Origin: Eledone cirrhosa
Lineage: Eukaryota
Direction: 5' to 3'
NCBI GenBank assembly: GCA_964016885.1
Contig: OZ024740.1
Location: 301,072,001 to 301,136,000, forward strand
DNA length: 64,000 nucleotides
In this document: positions 38,124-53,379 of the stretch, piece after piece
How positions within the stretch are numbered: position 1 is the stretch's first letter
Layout of the letters: each line of letters starts with the position of its first letter
Translations under genes and position numbers: made by a program
The notes under the pieces: generated by a model
What the model was told of the DNA's origin: nothing
Seen by the model: only the letters and a program-made list of their open reading frames with translations
Database searches by the model: none

Positions 38124-41100
38124 TTCCCTTGCTTTTATCGAGAATCTAATTGTAATACGTGACGTATTCTATTCTATAGCGATTAGGTCTTCAAAATGTT
38201 TATTATAAACATACAGAATATTTTCGAATATTCTATGTCTATATTCACATATATATCGCTATTTCAGAGCATTTATTCCAATTTCTAATTTCTGCCGGAC
38301 CGGCAACCGCTCTTTCAAACCAGTTCCTGTACACAGCTAAGTATTCTATAAGTCTCTAGCTGTGTCATTCTCGATAAAAGCACTGGATATGTAGTCCTGA
38401 TGATTTCTAACAAGAATGAAACGCGTAGATTACTTCCCTTGCTTTTATCGAGAATCTAATTGTAATACGTGACGTATTCTATTCTATAGCGATTAGGTCT
38501 TCAAAATGTTTATTATAAACATACAGAATATTTTCGAATATTCTATGTCTATATTCACATATATATCGCTATTTCAGAGCATTTATTCCAATTTCTAATT
38601 TCTGCCGGACCGGCAACCGCTCTTTCAAACCAGTTCCTGTACACAGCTAAGTATTCTATAAGTCTCTAGCTGTGTCATTCTCGATAAAAGCACTGGATAT
38701 GTAGTCCTGATGATTTCTAACAAGAATGAAACGCGTAGATTACTTCCCTTGCTTTTATCGAGAATCTAATTGTAATACGTGACGTATTCTATTCTATAGC
38801 GATTAGGTCTTCAAAATGTTTATTATAAACATACAGAATATTTTCGAATATTCTATGTCTATATTCACATATATATCGCTATTTCAGAGCATTTATTCCA
38901 ATTTCTAATTTCTGCCGGACCGGCAACCGCTCTTTCAAACCAGTTCCTGTACACAGCTAAGTATTCTATAAGTCTCTAGCTGTGTCATTCTCGATAAAAG
39001 CACTGGATATGTAGTCCTGATGATTTCTAACAAGAATGAAACGCGTAGATTACTTCCCTTGCTTTTATCGAGAATCTAATTGTAATACGTGACGTATTCT
39101 ATTCTATAGCGATTAGGTCTTCAAAATGTTTATTATAAACATACAGAATATTTTCGAATATTCTATGTCTATATTCACATATATATCGCTATTTCAGAGC
39201 ATTTATTCCAATTTCTAATTTCTGCCGGACCGGCAACCGCTCTTTCAAACCAGTTCCTGTACACAGCTAAGTATTCTATAAGTCTCTAGCTGTGTCATTC
39301 TCGATAAAAGCACTGGATATGTAGTCCTGATGATTTCTAACAAGAATGAAACGCGTAGTTTACTTCCCTTGCTTTTATCGAGAATCTAATTGTAATACGT
39401 GACGTATTCTATTCTATAGCGATTAGGTCTTCAAAATGTTTATTATAAACATACAGAATATTTTCGAATATTCTATGTCTATATTCACATATATATCGCT
39501 ATTTCAGAGCATTTATTCCAATTTCTAATTTCTGCCGGACCGGCAACCGCTCTTTCAAACCAGTTCCTGTACACAGCTAAGTATTCTATAAGTCTCTAGC
39601 TGTGTCATTCTCGATAAAAGCACTGGATATGTAGTCCTGATGATTTCTAACAAGAATGAAACGCGTAGATTACTTCCCTTGCTTTTATCGAGAATCTAAT
39701 TGTAATACGTGACGTATTCTATTCTATAGCGATTAGGTCTTCAAAATGTTTATTATAAACATACAGAATATTTTCGAATATTCTATGTCTATATTCACAT
39801 ATATATCGCTATTTCAGAGCATTTATTCCAATTTCTAATTTCTGCCGGACCGGCAACCGCTCTTTCAAACCAGTTCCTGTACACAGCTAAGTATTCTATA
39901 AGTCTCTAGCTGTGTCATTCTCGATAAAAGCACTGGATATGTAGTCCTGATGATTTCTAACAAGAATGAAACGCGTAGATTACTTCCCTTGCTTTTATCG
40001 AGAATCTAATTGTAATACGTGACGTATTCTATTCTATAGCGATTAGGTCTTCAAAATGTTTATTATAAACATACAGAATATTTTCGAATATTCTATGTCT
40101 ATATTCACATATATATCGCTATTTCAGAGCATTTATTCCAATTTCTAATTTCTGCCGGACCGGCAACCGCTCTTTCAAACCAGTTCCTGTACACAGCTAA
40201 GTATTCTATAAGTCTCTAGCTGTGTCATTCTCGATAAAAGCACTGGATATGTAGTCCTGATGATTTCTAACAAGAATGAAACGCGTAGATTACTTCCCTT
40301 GCTTTTATCGAGAATCTAATTGTAATACGTGACGTATTCTATTCTATAGCGATTAGGTCTTCAAAATGTTTATTATAAACATACAGAATATTTTCGAATA
40401 TTCTATGTCTATATTCACATATATATCGCTATTTCAGAGCATTTATTCCAATTTCTAATTTCTGCCGGACCGGCAACCGCTCTTTCAAACCAGTTCCTGT
40501 ACACAGCTAAGTATTCTATAAGTCTCTAGCTGTGTCATTCTCGATAAAAGCACTGGATATGTAGTCCTGATGATTTCTAACAAGAATGAAACGCGTAGTT
40601 TACTTCCCTTGCTTTTATCGAGAATCTAATTGTAATACGTGACGTATTCTATTCTATAGCGATTAGGTCTTCAAAATGTTTATTATAAACATACAGAATA
40701 TTTTCGAATATTCTATGTCTATATTCACATATATATCGCTATTTCAGAGCATTTATTCCAATTTCTAATTTCTGCCGGACCGGCAACCGCTCTTTCAAAC
40801 CAGTTCCTGTACACAGCTAAGTATTCTATAAGTCTCTAGCTGTGTCATTCTCGATAAAAGCACTGGATATGTAGTCCTGATGATTTCTAACAAGAATGAA
40901 ACGCGTAGATTACTTCCCTTGCTTTTATCGAGAATCTAATTGTAATACGTGACGTATTCTATTCTATAGCGATTAGGTCTTCAAAATGTTTATTATAAAC
41001 ATACAGAATATTTTCGAATATTCTATGTCTATATTCACATATATATCGCTATTTCAGAGCATTTATTCCAATTTCTAATTTCTGCCGGACCGGCAACCGC

Positions 41101-41686
41101 TCTTTCAAACCAGTTCCTGTACACAGCTAAGTATTCTATAAGTCTCTAGCTGTGTCATTCTCGATAAAAGCACTGGATATGTAGTCCTGATGATTTCTAA
41201 CAAGAATGAAACGCGTAGATTACTTCCCTTGCTTTTATCGAGAATCTAATTGTAATACGTGACGTATTCTATTCTATAGCGATTAGGTCTTCAAAATGTT
41301 TATTATAAACATACAGAATATTTTCGAATATTCTATGTCTATATTCACATATATATCGCTATTTCAGAGCATTTATTCCAATTTCTAATTTCTGCCGGAC
41401 CGGCAACCGCTCTTTCAAACCAGTTCCTGTACACAGCTAAGTATTCTATAAGTCTCTAGCTGTGTCATTCTCGATAAAAGCACTGGATATGTAGTCCTGA
41501 TGATTTCTAACAAGAATGAAACGCGTAGATTACTTCCCTTGCTTTTATCGAGAATCTAATTGTAATACGTGACGTATTCTATTCTATAGCGATTAGGTCT
41601 TCAAAATGTTTATTATAAACATACAGAATATTTTCGAATATTCTATGTCTATATTCACATATATATCGCTATTTCAGAGCATTTAT

Positions 41687-41722
<36 letters not shown>

Positions 41723-41756
41723 GTATGTATATGTATATATATATAATAGTATATAA

Positions 41757-41802
<46 letters not shown>

Positions 41803-43394
41803 GGTGGCTGCGAAATCGTTTTCGAGTACGGCCACTACTTTATATCCATGTAGGAGAACCGCTACTGATGCGCTGAACGAGTGTGACTTTTTAGTCCAGC
41901 CAGCGACTTGAAAACTCTGGTACAAACACTACACTTGTGACAATTATTGACACATAGTGCTGGGCCCATGGTACCATGTGACGACAAGTGCAGAGATATC
42001 TCCAGATATAAAGCAATGCCTGTGCCGTGAAGCTTTTATAGTGAGCAAAGGCACTGCACAAAGCCAGTCCCACTCTCTTAACCAAGATGATATTTACCAA
42101 AAAGGAGAAGGAAAACTCTGATATAACACCTGCAACCCTAATGGTATCCAATGGTGTTGACTTGTTCTTCTTTTTGGTAAATATATATATATATATCTAT
42201 ATATATATACAGATATATTTATATGCGCGCGTGGGTGTATATGTTCTTATTTCGTATCCATATGTGTTTGTGCTCTAGTACTAAGACTTTCAATGACACA
42301 GATTCTCATTACCATATATAGAGGTTTGGGTTGAGCATGATTACGCGACTGTTTGTACACGCATGTATTCATATATACGTATTCTAACTACAGGCATTAA
42401 AATGTAGCAAATCTTCGGATGAGATAATAGAACATTGTATTGTTAAAAATCAACAACCAATATTTAACTGAACATGGATACTAGAGAGTAAGCAAACATT
42501 ATAACCAGAGAATATGACAACAGGAAATTTTCACGTTATATATTTTTGTATATCTAATTAGAACCATCAAAATATATCCAGTTCCCCGGTGCACATTCAT
42601 ATAAACTCAACGGATAACAAATTTGTTAGTAGTATGGTATATGAATATATAATTATATATGAGACATACTTTATTAATAATCCATTTACGAATTCCCGAC
42701 GATCAATCTTGTGAGATTTTGCCAATATTTATTATTTGTTCACACATTTATAGATATTTTTATACATCGTACCATGTCGGGTATAGGCAAGTTTTTCTTT
42801 GTGTGTATTAATGCCACACATTGAACATATTTAGCTACAAAGAAATAATGTTGTTCGCTATATGCACCTGAAAATATCAATGATATGACTACTTACTTTG
42901 TGATATACGACCAGGCTGGCTAACGGAGCTGATTATTCTCTGCCCATTTATTCCTACAGAGAAGAGCTGTCGGAATATATAGTACAGAAGTATTTCTAAT
43001 ATTTAAGACATACATTTGAAATGCGCACAACAATGATTACGTATTATAAAAAAAGGAGAGTCAAAGACTAACCTACTGTATTCTACTGCATAACTACACG
43101 AAAATACTCCGCCGTACACAGGCCTACGTGATAATATCATTCTCATAAATGTGTAGATGTATTACGCAGGTGCTTTATCTTCGTTACACAATTAATTATT
43201 AATTAATATTTGTTATCGGAAAGATATCAACGGATAAGTTATCACGTAATAATCACAATGTATATATGTAAGTATATATATATATATATATAAGGGTTAA
43301 AATACTGGAGCGTGTTGGAGTTAAACACCCTCTTCGTATTATAGAAATGACAGTAAAAGGTATAGCTCAATGTAATTAAACAGAGCCGAAGAAT

Positions 43395-43549
43395 TATGAA
43401 AGTAAAACAAAGAAGCCTTCAATACATCAAAAGTCTTTATTAGCCAACAATGTTTCGTCCTATTAAGGACTCATCAGGGCAATTAAAACAACAAGAAGTA
43501 TTGTTGGCTAATAAAGACTTTTGATGTATTGAAGGCTTCTTTGTTTTAC

Positions 43550-43556
<7 letters not shown>
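43395..43556. mobile_element. ~160-bp fold-back mini-element
   Basis: 43395-43451 is the reverse complement of 43500-43556. Followed by (TA)n. Confidence 0.75.
43441..43484 (-). ncRNA. Compact type I hammerhead motif
   Basis: rc: gcc CTGATGA gtcct-taat-aggac GAAA cattg TT ggc. Perfect 5-bp stem II closed by G-C; GUU site. Confidence 0.75.
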
Positions 43557-43619
<63 letters not shown>

Positions 43620-43621
<2 letters not shown>

Positions 43622-44632
43622 AACGGATAGGTGTCCTCATCCTGTTTTGTTGTTAACACAACGTTTCGGCTGATGTACTTTCCAGCCTTCATCAGGTGCC
43701 CTAGTGATGTTATTATTAACGTTTGTTCAGGTCACTGCCTAGAATTGTACATATATATGTGTCCTTGTGTATGGATTTTATCAACCTTCCAGGGGTGCGG
43801 GTATAATTTTCAATCATATTTTAATTGTTTGACCCGAATTACTTGGTCGTTTCTATGGCTGTGCGGATAATGGTTTAACCATCGTCTCAGTATGTTTGGC
43901 CTTTTAACTTATGTTGTAGCTCTAGTCCACTAGCTTCTATGGAGCGCTTGCCACACATCTCGGAAGTTGTTTTTCGCTAATTTCCAATAGGCGAAATACG
44001 ATTCTCGCTAATTTATATTTGTATTAATCTCCAGAGTCTAGCTATTGACCAGTTAATTTTCTTGATTTTTTTAGTTAATTCTATTGACTGATTAATAGCT
44101 TTTGTTATTTTTTAAACCATTCTGTTGTGGACTTAATTCGTTTTGTGATATTTTTCAATTTTGCAATAATAACACACATACTGCATTCATCCGCCAAAAA
44201 GCTAAGGGTTGCCCCCCTTGTCGAGCCCCACGTGGGTTTTGTTAACGGTCAGTCCTTCGCTTGGCATTTGAACTATAAACCTGTTGAGAAAGTGACTTCC
44301 TTGTTCGATCATATTACCAAAAGCTTAACATTATTTGTCTAAGCAGACAGTATTTGATTTAGGAGTTGCAGAAACCCAAATGCTGGATTTTACCAACCTT
44401 CCAGGGGTCCGGATATAATTTTCAATCACATTTTATTTGTTTGACCCCAATTACTTGGTTTGTTTCTATGGCTGTCCGGATAATGGTTTAACCATCGTCT
44501 CAGTGTGTTTGGCCTTTTAACTTATGTTGTAGCTCTAGTACAATAGCTTCTATGGAGCGCTTGCCAGACGTCTTGGAAGTTGTTTTTCGCTAATTTCCAA
44601 TAGCCGAAATACGATCCTCGCTAATTTATATT
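43620..44632 (-). mobile_element. Degenerate PLE 3' fragment with tandem pseudo-LTR
   Basis: ~43782-44022 is directly repeated at ~44392-44634. Weak GIY-YIG-like remnant near 44170-44320; hammerhead at the terminus. Confidence 0.6.
43655..43700 (-). ncRNA. Minimal type I hammerhead motif
   Basis: rc: ggcac CTGATGA a ggctg...cagcc GAAA cg TT gtgtt; palindrome AACGTT. Confidence 0.7.
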
Positions 44633-44660
44633 TGTATATATATATATATATATATATATC

Positions 44661-44776
<116 letters not shown>

Positions 44777-44799
44777 GTGTGTGTGTGTGTGTGTGTATG

Positions 44800-44875
<76 letters not shown>

Positions 44876-44929
44876 GGTGTGTGTTTGTGTGTTTGTGTGT
44901 TTGTGTGTGTATATATAATATATGGGGGT

Positions 44930-45135
44930 GCGAAGGCGAATAGAAATAACAAAGAAAACGACACAGTACAATGAGGAAATATGTTATTAACTTTACCGTT
45001 TATATAGAAAAAGAGTCTTACCGTTTCGGACGCTCGTCCTTCATCAAATTCAATGAGAAATTGAAGAAAAGAGAGAGGGATAGAAAAAACAGGGCAGTTA
45101 TTCTTTGAGAAAAACAGGTCTATACAGACTACCAT
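44930..45135 (-). mobile_element. PLE-like terminus with degenerate hammerhead (related copy ~52740-52940)
   Basis: rc of ~45012-45050: TTGATGA a ggac-gagc-gtcc GAAA cgg TA. Shares aatagaaataacaa...cagtacaat with ~52745. Confidence 0.5.
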
Positions 45136-45638
45136 AGTATATATGTGTGTCGCATGTCACTAACATTTGAGGACATCTATTTATACATATTCAGCAATGG
45201 GTTGTACTTGCCCGCTATACCGAAATTTCATTGCAAGATAGCGAAGTCCTGCTGAGAAGGCGTTGCATGCTAAATTACGTAATGCATAATAACTTTACCT
45301 AATTTCTGCCCATGTTTATGTTCGTACCACTGCCATCAGAACAGTGTCGTAGAAACTGATGCATCGGTCGAAGAATAACAATTCGAGCAGTTTCTGACCA
45401 ACACAAATAACATCCTAGTAACGACTATTACAAACTCATAATTCACTGATGTGTGCCTACCCTCAATTCATTTTGCTGCAAATTGAAACCAATACATTCA
45501 TACATAGTTGATTCTCTTATTCTCACACCCACTGCATTCCTTGTCTACATCTCTTCTCTCACTCTCATTCTCCATATTTATATGGATATATATATATATA
45601 TATAAATTATATATGTATATATATATATACAGGTAAAG

Positions 45639-45728
<90 letters not shown>

Positions 45729-45744
45729 GTGTATGTGTGTGTGT

Positions 45745-47294
<1,550 letters not shown>

Positions 47295-47302
<8 letters not shown>

Positions 47303-47800
47303 GTAGTTTAGAAAGCCACAGCAATGCAGATTGGAAATCTCGAGGTAGGAAGTGAGTAAGAAATAGGAGAAAAGTGAAAAATGAGAGAAACGAAAACAAA
47401 ACAAAGGTAGAAGGATTACCGTAGTGGAGATTTAATCCCAATATTTCGGGCTCTCGCCCATCAACGGGGGCAAAGTTCCAAAAGGGGGGGAACAGGCTAA
47501 GCCGGAGAAAGTTGTTGTATTGTCGTTAAAACAATACAACAACTTTCTCCGGCTCAGCCTGTTCCCCCCCCCTTTTGGAACTTTGCCCCCGTTGATGGGC
47601 GTAAGCCCGAAATATTGGGATTAAATCTCCACTACGGTAATCCTTCTACCTCTGTTTTGTTTTCGTTTCTCTCATTTTTCATTTTTCTCCTATTTCTTAC
47701 TCACTTCCTACCTCGAGATTTCCCATCTGCATTGTTGTGGCTTTCTAAACTACATATTTTACATATTTCACAATGCTTCAAGCAAACTTTAACACCCTCA
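47295..47800. mobile_element. Fold-back mini-element with hammerhead-like variant in each arm
   Basis: ~47296-47523 is inverted vs ~47531-47760. Confidence 0.8.
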
Positions 47801-47828
47801 TATATATATATATATATGTGTGTGTGTG

Positions 47829-47890
<62 letters not shown>

Positions 47891-47891
47891 A

Positions 47892-48030
<139 letters not shown>

Positions 48031-48435
48031 TCAAGAAAGATTAGTAACATAGAAGGCTGTACAATAAGGGCTTTATTCACAGTGCAGATAATTGTTTCGT
48101 TGATCTGGTATGTCAAGAGCTCGCTAATCGCTTGATGTTGCGTCAATCGATCTCCAATACTTTGTTTAGAAACAGCCAACCATGTTACTCATCTTTCGTG
48201 AATTATTATTACTCCAAGTATAACCTACATAGAAATCACCGCGAACTTGCTGCATCACTATGCTAGCGTCTTGTTGAGTCAAACTAAGCCATACGTTAAA
48301 ACCATCCACAACACCGGGTACTCTAACTGGACTACCTCTAAGTGGGTTACCTACAACGATAACTTGATATTCCGTATATATACATATATACATACCCACA
48401 TTTATACACATATATACATATACATATACAGTATA

Positions 48436-48481
<46 letters not shown>

Positions 48482-48497
48482 AATATAAATATATATA

Positions 48498-50805
48498 GTT
48501 ATACTTGCGGAGGGTCATATTTGTGTAATATTGCCAGAATTAATAACAGAACACACCCAGTGTTTGGTTGGTTTTCGCCTCTGTGTCTTTTATGTCGGTT
48601 AATGTAATTTATTCGGTCCTCAATGTTGCCATTGACTGACCGACGCTCAAAAATACAGATACAATATAGACACAAACACATATATATATAGTCTATCAAA
48701 ATTCTTTCGTTGCACATCTGCAACATCATCAGTGGTGCTATTGTTTCCTCCCGTTGCATTGTATGTCTACGCCATCTTTATTTAGTCTGTTTATATATTT
48801 ATTACTTTGTTTATTTTTTTGTCTTCTTTGTGCATGCGTTTGCGTGTGTGTATAGTGTTTTGTTTGATGTGTGTTCGTGCTCGGGTCACTGTGTATTGGT
48901 TAATGTATTCTATCTTTACTAGTGTGTGTTTATATGTGTTTGTTGTTATTGTGCTTGTGTATGTATTTATTTATTTATCTATTTATTTATTTATTTATAC
49001 TCTATGTTTGTTTGGGTGTTGTTATTCCATTCATTTTATTCTGTTTAGCCTTGGCCTCTAAGTTCTTTTTCACTGGCCTCTCTGATTTGCCTATCTGCTG
49101 GGTCATTTCTATGTTTAGATATTTTTCTAACTTCTATGTTGTCTATGTTACCGCTTTGTTGTTGTCTGGCATGTCCGTATATTACTGAACCGTTTTTTCG
49201 TCCTTTTAGTTCTCCCAGTGTTGGTCTATCCTTTCACCTATGCTACGAGCTGTCTCACCTATGTATGTTGTTGTCATGTTTCTGCAAGTACCCTCTGTAC
49301 ATCTTATGTTATAGACTACGTTTCTAGTTTTACAGTTTATCCGGGGATTTACTTTACATTTGATACATTTCCTATTAGTACAGTGGGTTTTCTTAAAAGG
49401 GTAGGTTTTGCTGATCATGGATTTGATGGTGGTTCCTGGCTTTTCTACCACCTTAATCTTTAAGTGGGTCTTTCTCAGGGCTTTTCTACACTGGTTAGCT
49501 AATTTCCCTCCAGGGGTAGCATCCACAAACATGACACTCCGGTATCTCTGGTTGTCGTACTATCAGGTGGATTTCCCTATCTTATGTCTTGACCGATCTA
49601 AGCTATTCCATGATTTGCTCCTGTATAATGGGCAAATTCCTTTCATGTCCAGCTCTATGAGGATCTTATACTTCTCCGTGGTTCCTTCGTATACTCTGAT
49701 TCTGTCTCGTTCGTTGTAGCCAAAGAACTGCATTCGGTTGATGAAGTGTTGGATGTGTCTTTCCATTTCTGTTGGGTCGCACATGCGGGACACGTGCTTC
49801 ATCACTCGTACCAAGTCTACGATCAGAATATTAAACTTAGCACTACCGCACATTGCTGAGATTTTGAGTATCAGGTATTTGGAGGCCATGGGTTTAGCAT
49901 AGTGTGAGTGGAGAATTTGGACTCTCTCGTCTATAGTGTTAATCCAGAGTTCCATGTCTATTACAGTTAGTCTATTATTAGGGTGTTTGGAAGGGTAGTC
50001 GATAGTTACAGTTATACTCTGGTGTATGGAATTAGCTATCTGCTGGATGCTTTCAATTGTGCTACGTTCTAAATCAAACTTGTTAGTGCTCTCTTGTGGG
50101 GGAACCAAATGGACTAAAAAACGGTTCAGTAGTATACGAACATTTCAGACAACAACACGGCGGTAACATAGACAACATAGAAGTTAGAATAATATCTAAA
50201 CATAGAAATGACCCAGCAGATAGGCAAATCAGAGAGGCCAGTGAAATAGAACTTAGAACGCCAAGGCTAAACAGAAAAAAGGAAAGGAAAAAAACAACAC
50301 TGACCTAAGAGAAGTATAAATAAATAAATAAATAGATGAATAAATAAATACATACACAAGCACAATAACAAAAAACACATATAAACACACACTAGTAAAT
50401 ACATTAACCAATATACAGTCGCCCAAACACGAACACACATCAAACAGAACACTATACACACACGCAAACGCATGCGCAAAGAAGACAACAAAATAACAAA
50501 TAAATAAATATATAAACAGACTAAATAAAGATGGCGTAGACATACAATGCAGCGGGAGAAAACAATAGCACCACTGGCGATGTTGCAGATGTGCAACGAA
50601 AGAACTGTGATAGACTATATATATGTGTTTGTGTCTATATTGTATCTGTATTTTTGACCGTCGGTCAGTCAATGGTAACATTGAGGACCGAATAAATTAA
50701 ATTAACCGATATAAAAGACACAGAAGCGAAAACCAACCAAAGAGTGAGTGTGTTCTGTTATTAATTCTGGCAATATTACACAAATATGACCCTCCCCAAG
50801 TATAA
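48498..50805 (-). mobile_element. Penelope-like element 3' part (RT C-terminus + GIY-YIG) with inverted pseudo-LTR
   Basis: TIDYPSKHPNNRLTVIDM...HYAKPMAS; FVDATPGGKLA...KVVEKPG...CKTRNVVYNIRC...YIGETARSIGERIDQH. 48498-49203 is inverted vs 50111-50805. Confidence 0.9.
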
Positions 50806-50927
50806 CAATATTTGTTTCGACACACGATTTCATATAAAAAACCTCGCAAAACTAAATAAATATATATGTATATATATGTGTATTCCTAAATATATATATA
50901 TATACATGTGTTTGTATGTGCGCTCGC

Positions 50928-50978
<51 letters not shown>

Positions 50979-51018
50979 TATATATATATATATACATGCG
51001 AGCGCACATACAAACACA

Positions 51019-51104
<86 letters not shown>

Positions 51105-51818
51105 GAATACACACATACATTCATATATATCCAATACACTTAGTTGTTTTTGCAGTTAAGCAAATACTATACTTTATGTATCCATTTATTGAAACAATCA
51201 ATTAATTCTCAGCTCTGTTTAAACGATCAATATATGAAAATTATGGGGTTATTAATAGATCTGACAAATCTGCAATGGTGGCTGCTTGCCATTGACTTTA
51301 GCAGATAGATTAATGACGCTTGTTGCTCTGGTTTCTTTCATTCCTATTCCTTTAATATTTAGCCCGGTAAACATTTTAGAAACGCTTTGTAAATTACATC
51401 ACTCAGCTTTTACCATACGCCTCCCGCCTATTCCATACGCACATCAGGATTTTATTTCTCTCTCGCTCGCTCTCTGCCTTTCTCTTACACTCTGGTGTTT
51501 CCTATTCCTTTCTCTCCGCATATGTATCATTTTCGCTTTCGCATTTGAACAGCTTATATAAATTCAAGCACAACACATACACATATACACACACAAGCAC
51601 ACATATACACATATATACACTTACATGACTGACTGAACAAACACGTGATTTGCTCCAAATTATTTTATTCTTCTTCCCACTCGCTATCATTCTATTTAAT
51701 CTTTTATTTATAATTCTATCATTTGATGAATGTGTAATGTCTGAAACGTCGTGACATTTATCCTACTTTATCCTCCTGTTCGTATATATAAATACACACA
51801 CACACACACACACATATA

Positions 51819-51861
<43 letters not shown>

Positions 51862-51868
51862 TTACATA

Positions 51869-51937
<69 letters not shown>

Positions 51938-52665
51938 TGTTATACTTTGGGAGGGTCATGTTGCCAATAAGAAACACACGCACCAGTACCTTTCACTCCA
52001 ATTTATTATAATTTAAATTCATAAATTTAAGAATTTATAAATTTCCGGTTGGTTGGTTCCATAACCGGACGGTTCATATATTGTCAAAGTTCTTTCGTCA
52101 CACATTATGTGACCTCTTCAGTGACTGGGGGTTTATTTTCTTTGTTTTGTGCCTCTCCTTTGTTCTGTCCTACGCCATCTTGTTTTTGTGTGTGTTGTGT
52201 GCTTAGTTTGCGCATGTGTTACATCCGGGTGTATGGCTGTGTTTTTATTTGTTTATTTATTTGTTTATTTACATGTTACTGGTTGGTTGTTTGTTCTATG
52301 TGTGTGTGTGTTTTCATTTTGTCCTTAATTGTAAGTTGTGATGTTGCTATTCCATTCATGTTTTCTATTTAATTTTGGTTGGAGTTCATTTATGTTCATT
52401 GCCTCTGTTCTATTTTAGCATGTTGGTGGAGTATTGATGATTCTTTTTTACCTTGAAGTTCTCGCCAGTGTTCATTTAACCGTTCTCCTATACTACGAGC
52501 TGTCTCACCTATGTACACTATATTCTTAAGAATATAGTGTACATAAAGAATCATCAATACTCCACCAACATGCTAAAATAGAACATAAGGGCAAATTAGA
52601 GTACATAGAAATAAATATAGAATCTACACACAGAAAAGACGCAATGTTTAGACAAATCACAGAGG

Positions 52666-52670
<5 letters not shown>
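51938..52670 (-). mobile_element. Related PLE 3' tip with short fold-back
   Basis: rc YIGETARSIGERLNEHW...SSILHQH. Terminus ttgggagggtcat is shared with ~48503, ~50786 and ~35355. Perfect palindrome at 52511-52544. Confidence 0.75.
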
Positions 52671-52740
<70 letters not shown>

Positions 52741-53379
52741 AAAGGTAAATAGAAATAACAACACTGTCAGTACAATAGATATAAGGAATATATTACGTTA
52801 ACGCTTGAAATACAGGAAGAGGGTCCTAAACTTTGGGACGCTAGTCCTTCAGCAGAATAAAGAATGGGAAATAAGATAGATTGAAGGGAAGGGATTGCTG
52901 GAATTGGAAAAATACGTTTTCATAAAAATAACAGGTCCATTCATGTTGGCATCTCTTGGAAAACTGTCGATGCTGGCGTTTTCTGTATGATTTATGTTTT
53001 TAGAAAAGTGAATGATGGAACACGTCTACATGAAATGGGTAAAGAGCTATATATGTACGCGTGCGTATGCATGTGCGTGTCACTGTCTGCGTGGGTATTA
53101 TTATACGTCCGTACGAAGCTAAGAAGAAATGTGTGTGTATGTGTAAGTAAAAGAATGTGTGTGTGCACTTGTAAGTACGGAGCTTTGAGCAAAAGTATGT
53201 TAATATACGGGTGTGTATGTGTGTATACAGTGCTGTGATGGGAAAAGTGGAGTGCGCATGTTTTGTCGGTCTGCATTAGTTGTAAGAGAATATGTATCTC
53301 ACAATACGAGAGCCATAGGTATCTAGGGGTACAAGCGCGTGTGATAATGGACGGGGTATTGAAGAAATTGGGGAGGTAC

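Larger units (their letters stand above)
37224..41691. repeat. 310-bp tandem array with internal inversion; retrozyme-like concatemer
   Basis: Period 310 (gcttttatcgagaatc at 37821, 38131, 38441 ... 41541). 37224-37823 is in the opposite orientation. Units are essentially identical, have no ORF in the track, and are flanked by (TA)n. Confidence 0.95.

Noticed and set aside
37224-41691. CRISPR array, 5S rDNA or tRNA array
   Set aside because: Units are fully identical with no variable spacers, there are no cas genes, the context is eukaryotic, and no 5S or tRNA sequence is recognisable.
51715-51756. TTGATGA...GAAAcgTC hammerhead-like motif
   Set aside because: Stem II does not pair and there is only a single copy; probably a decayed PLE terminus.
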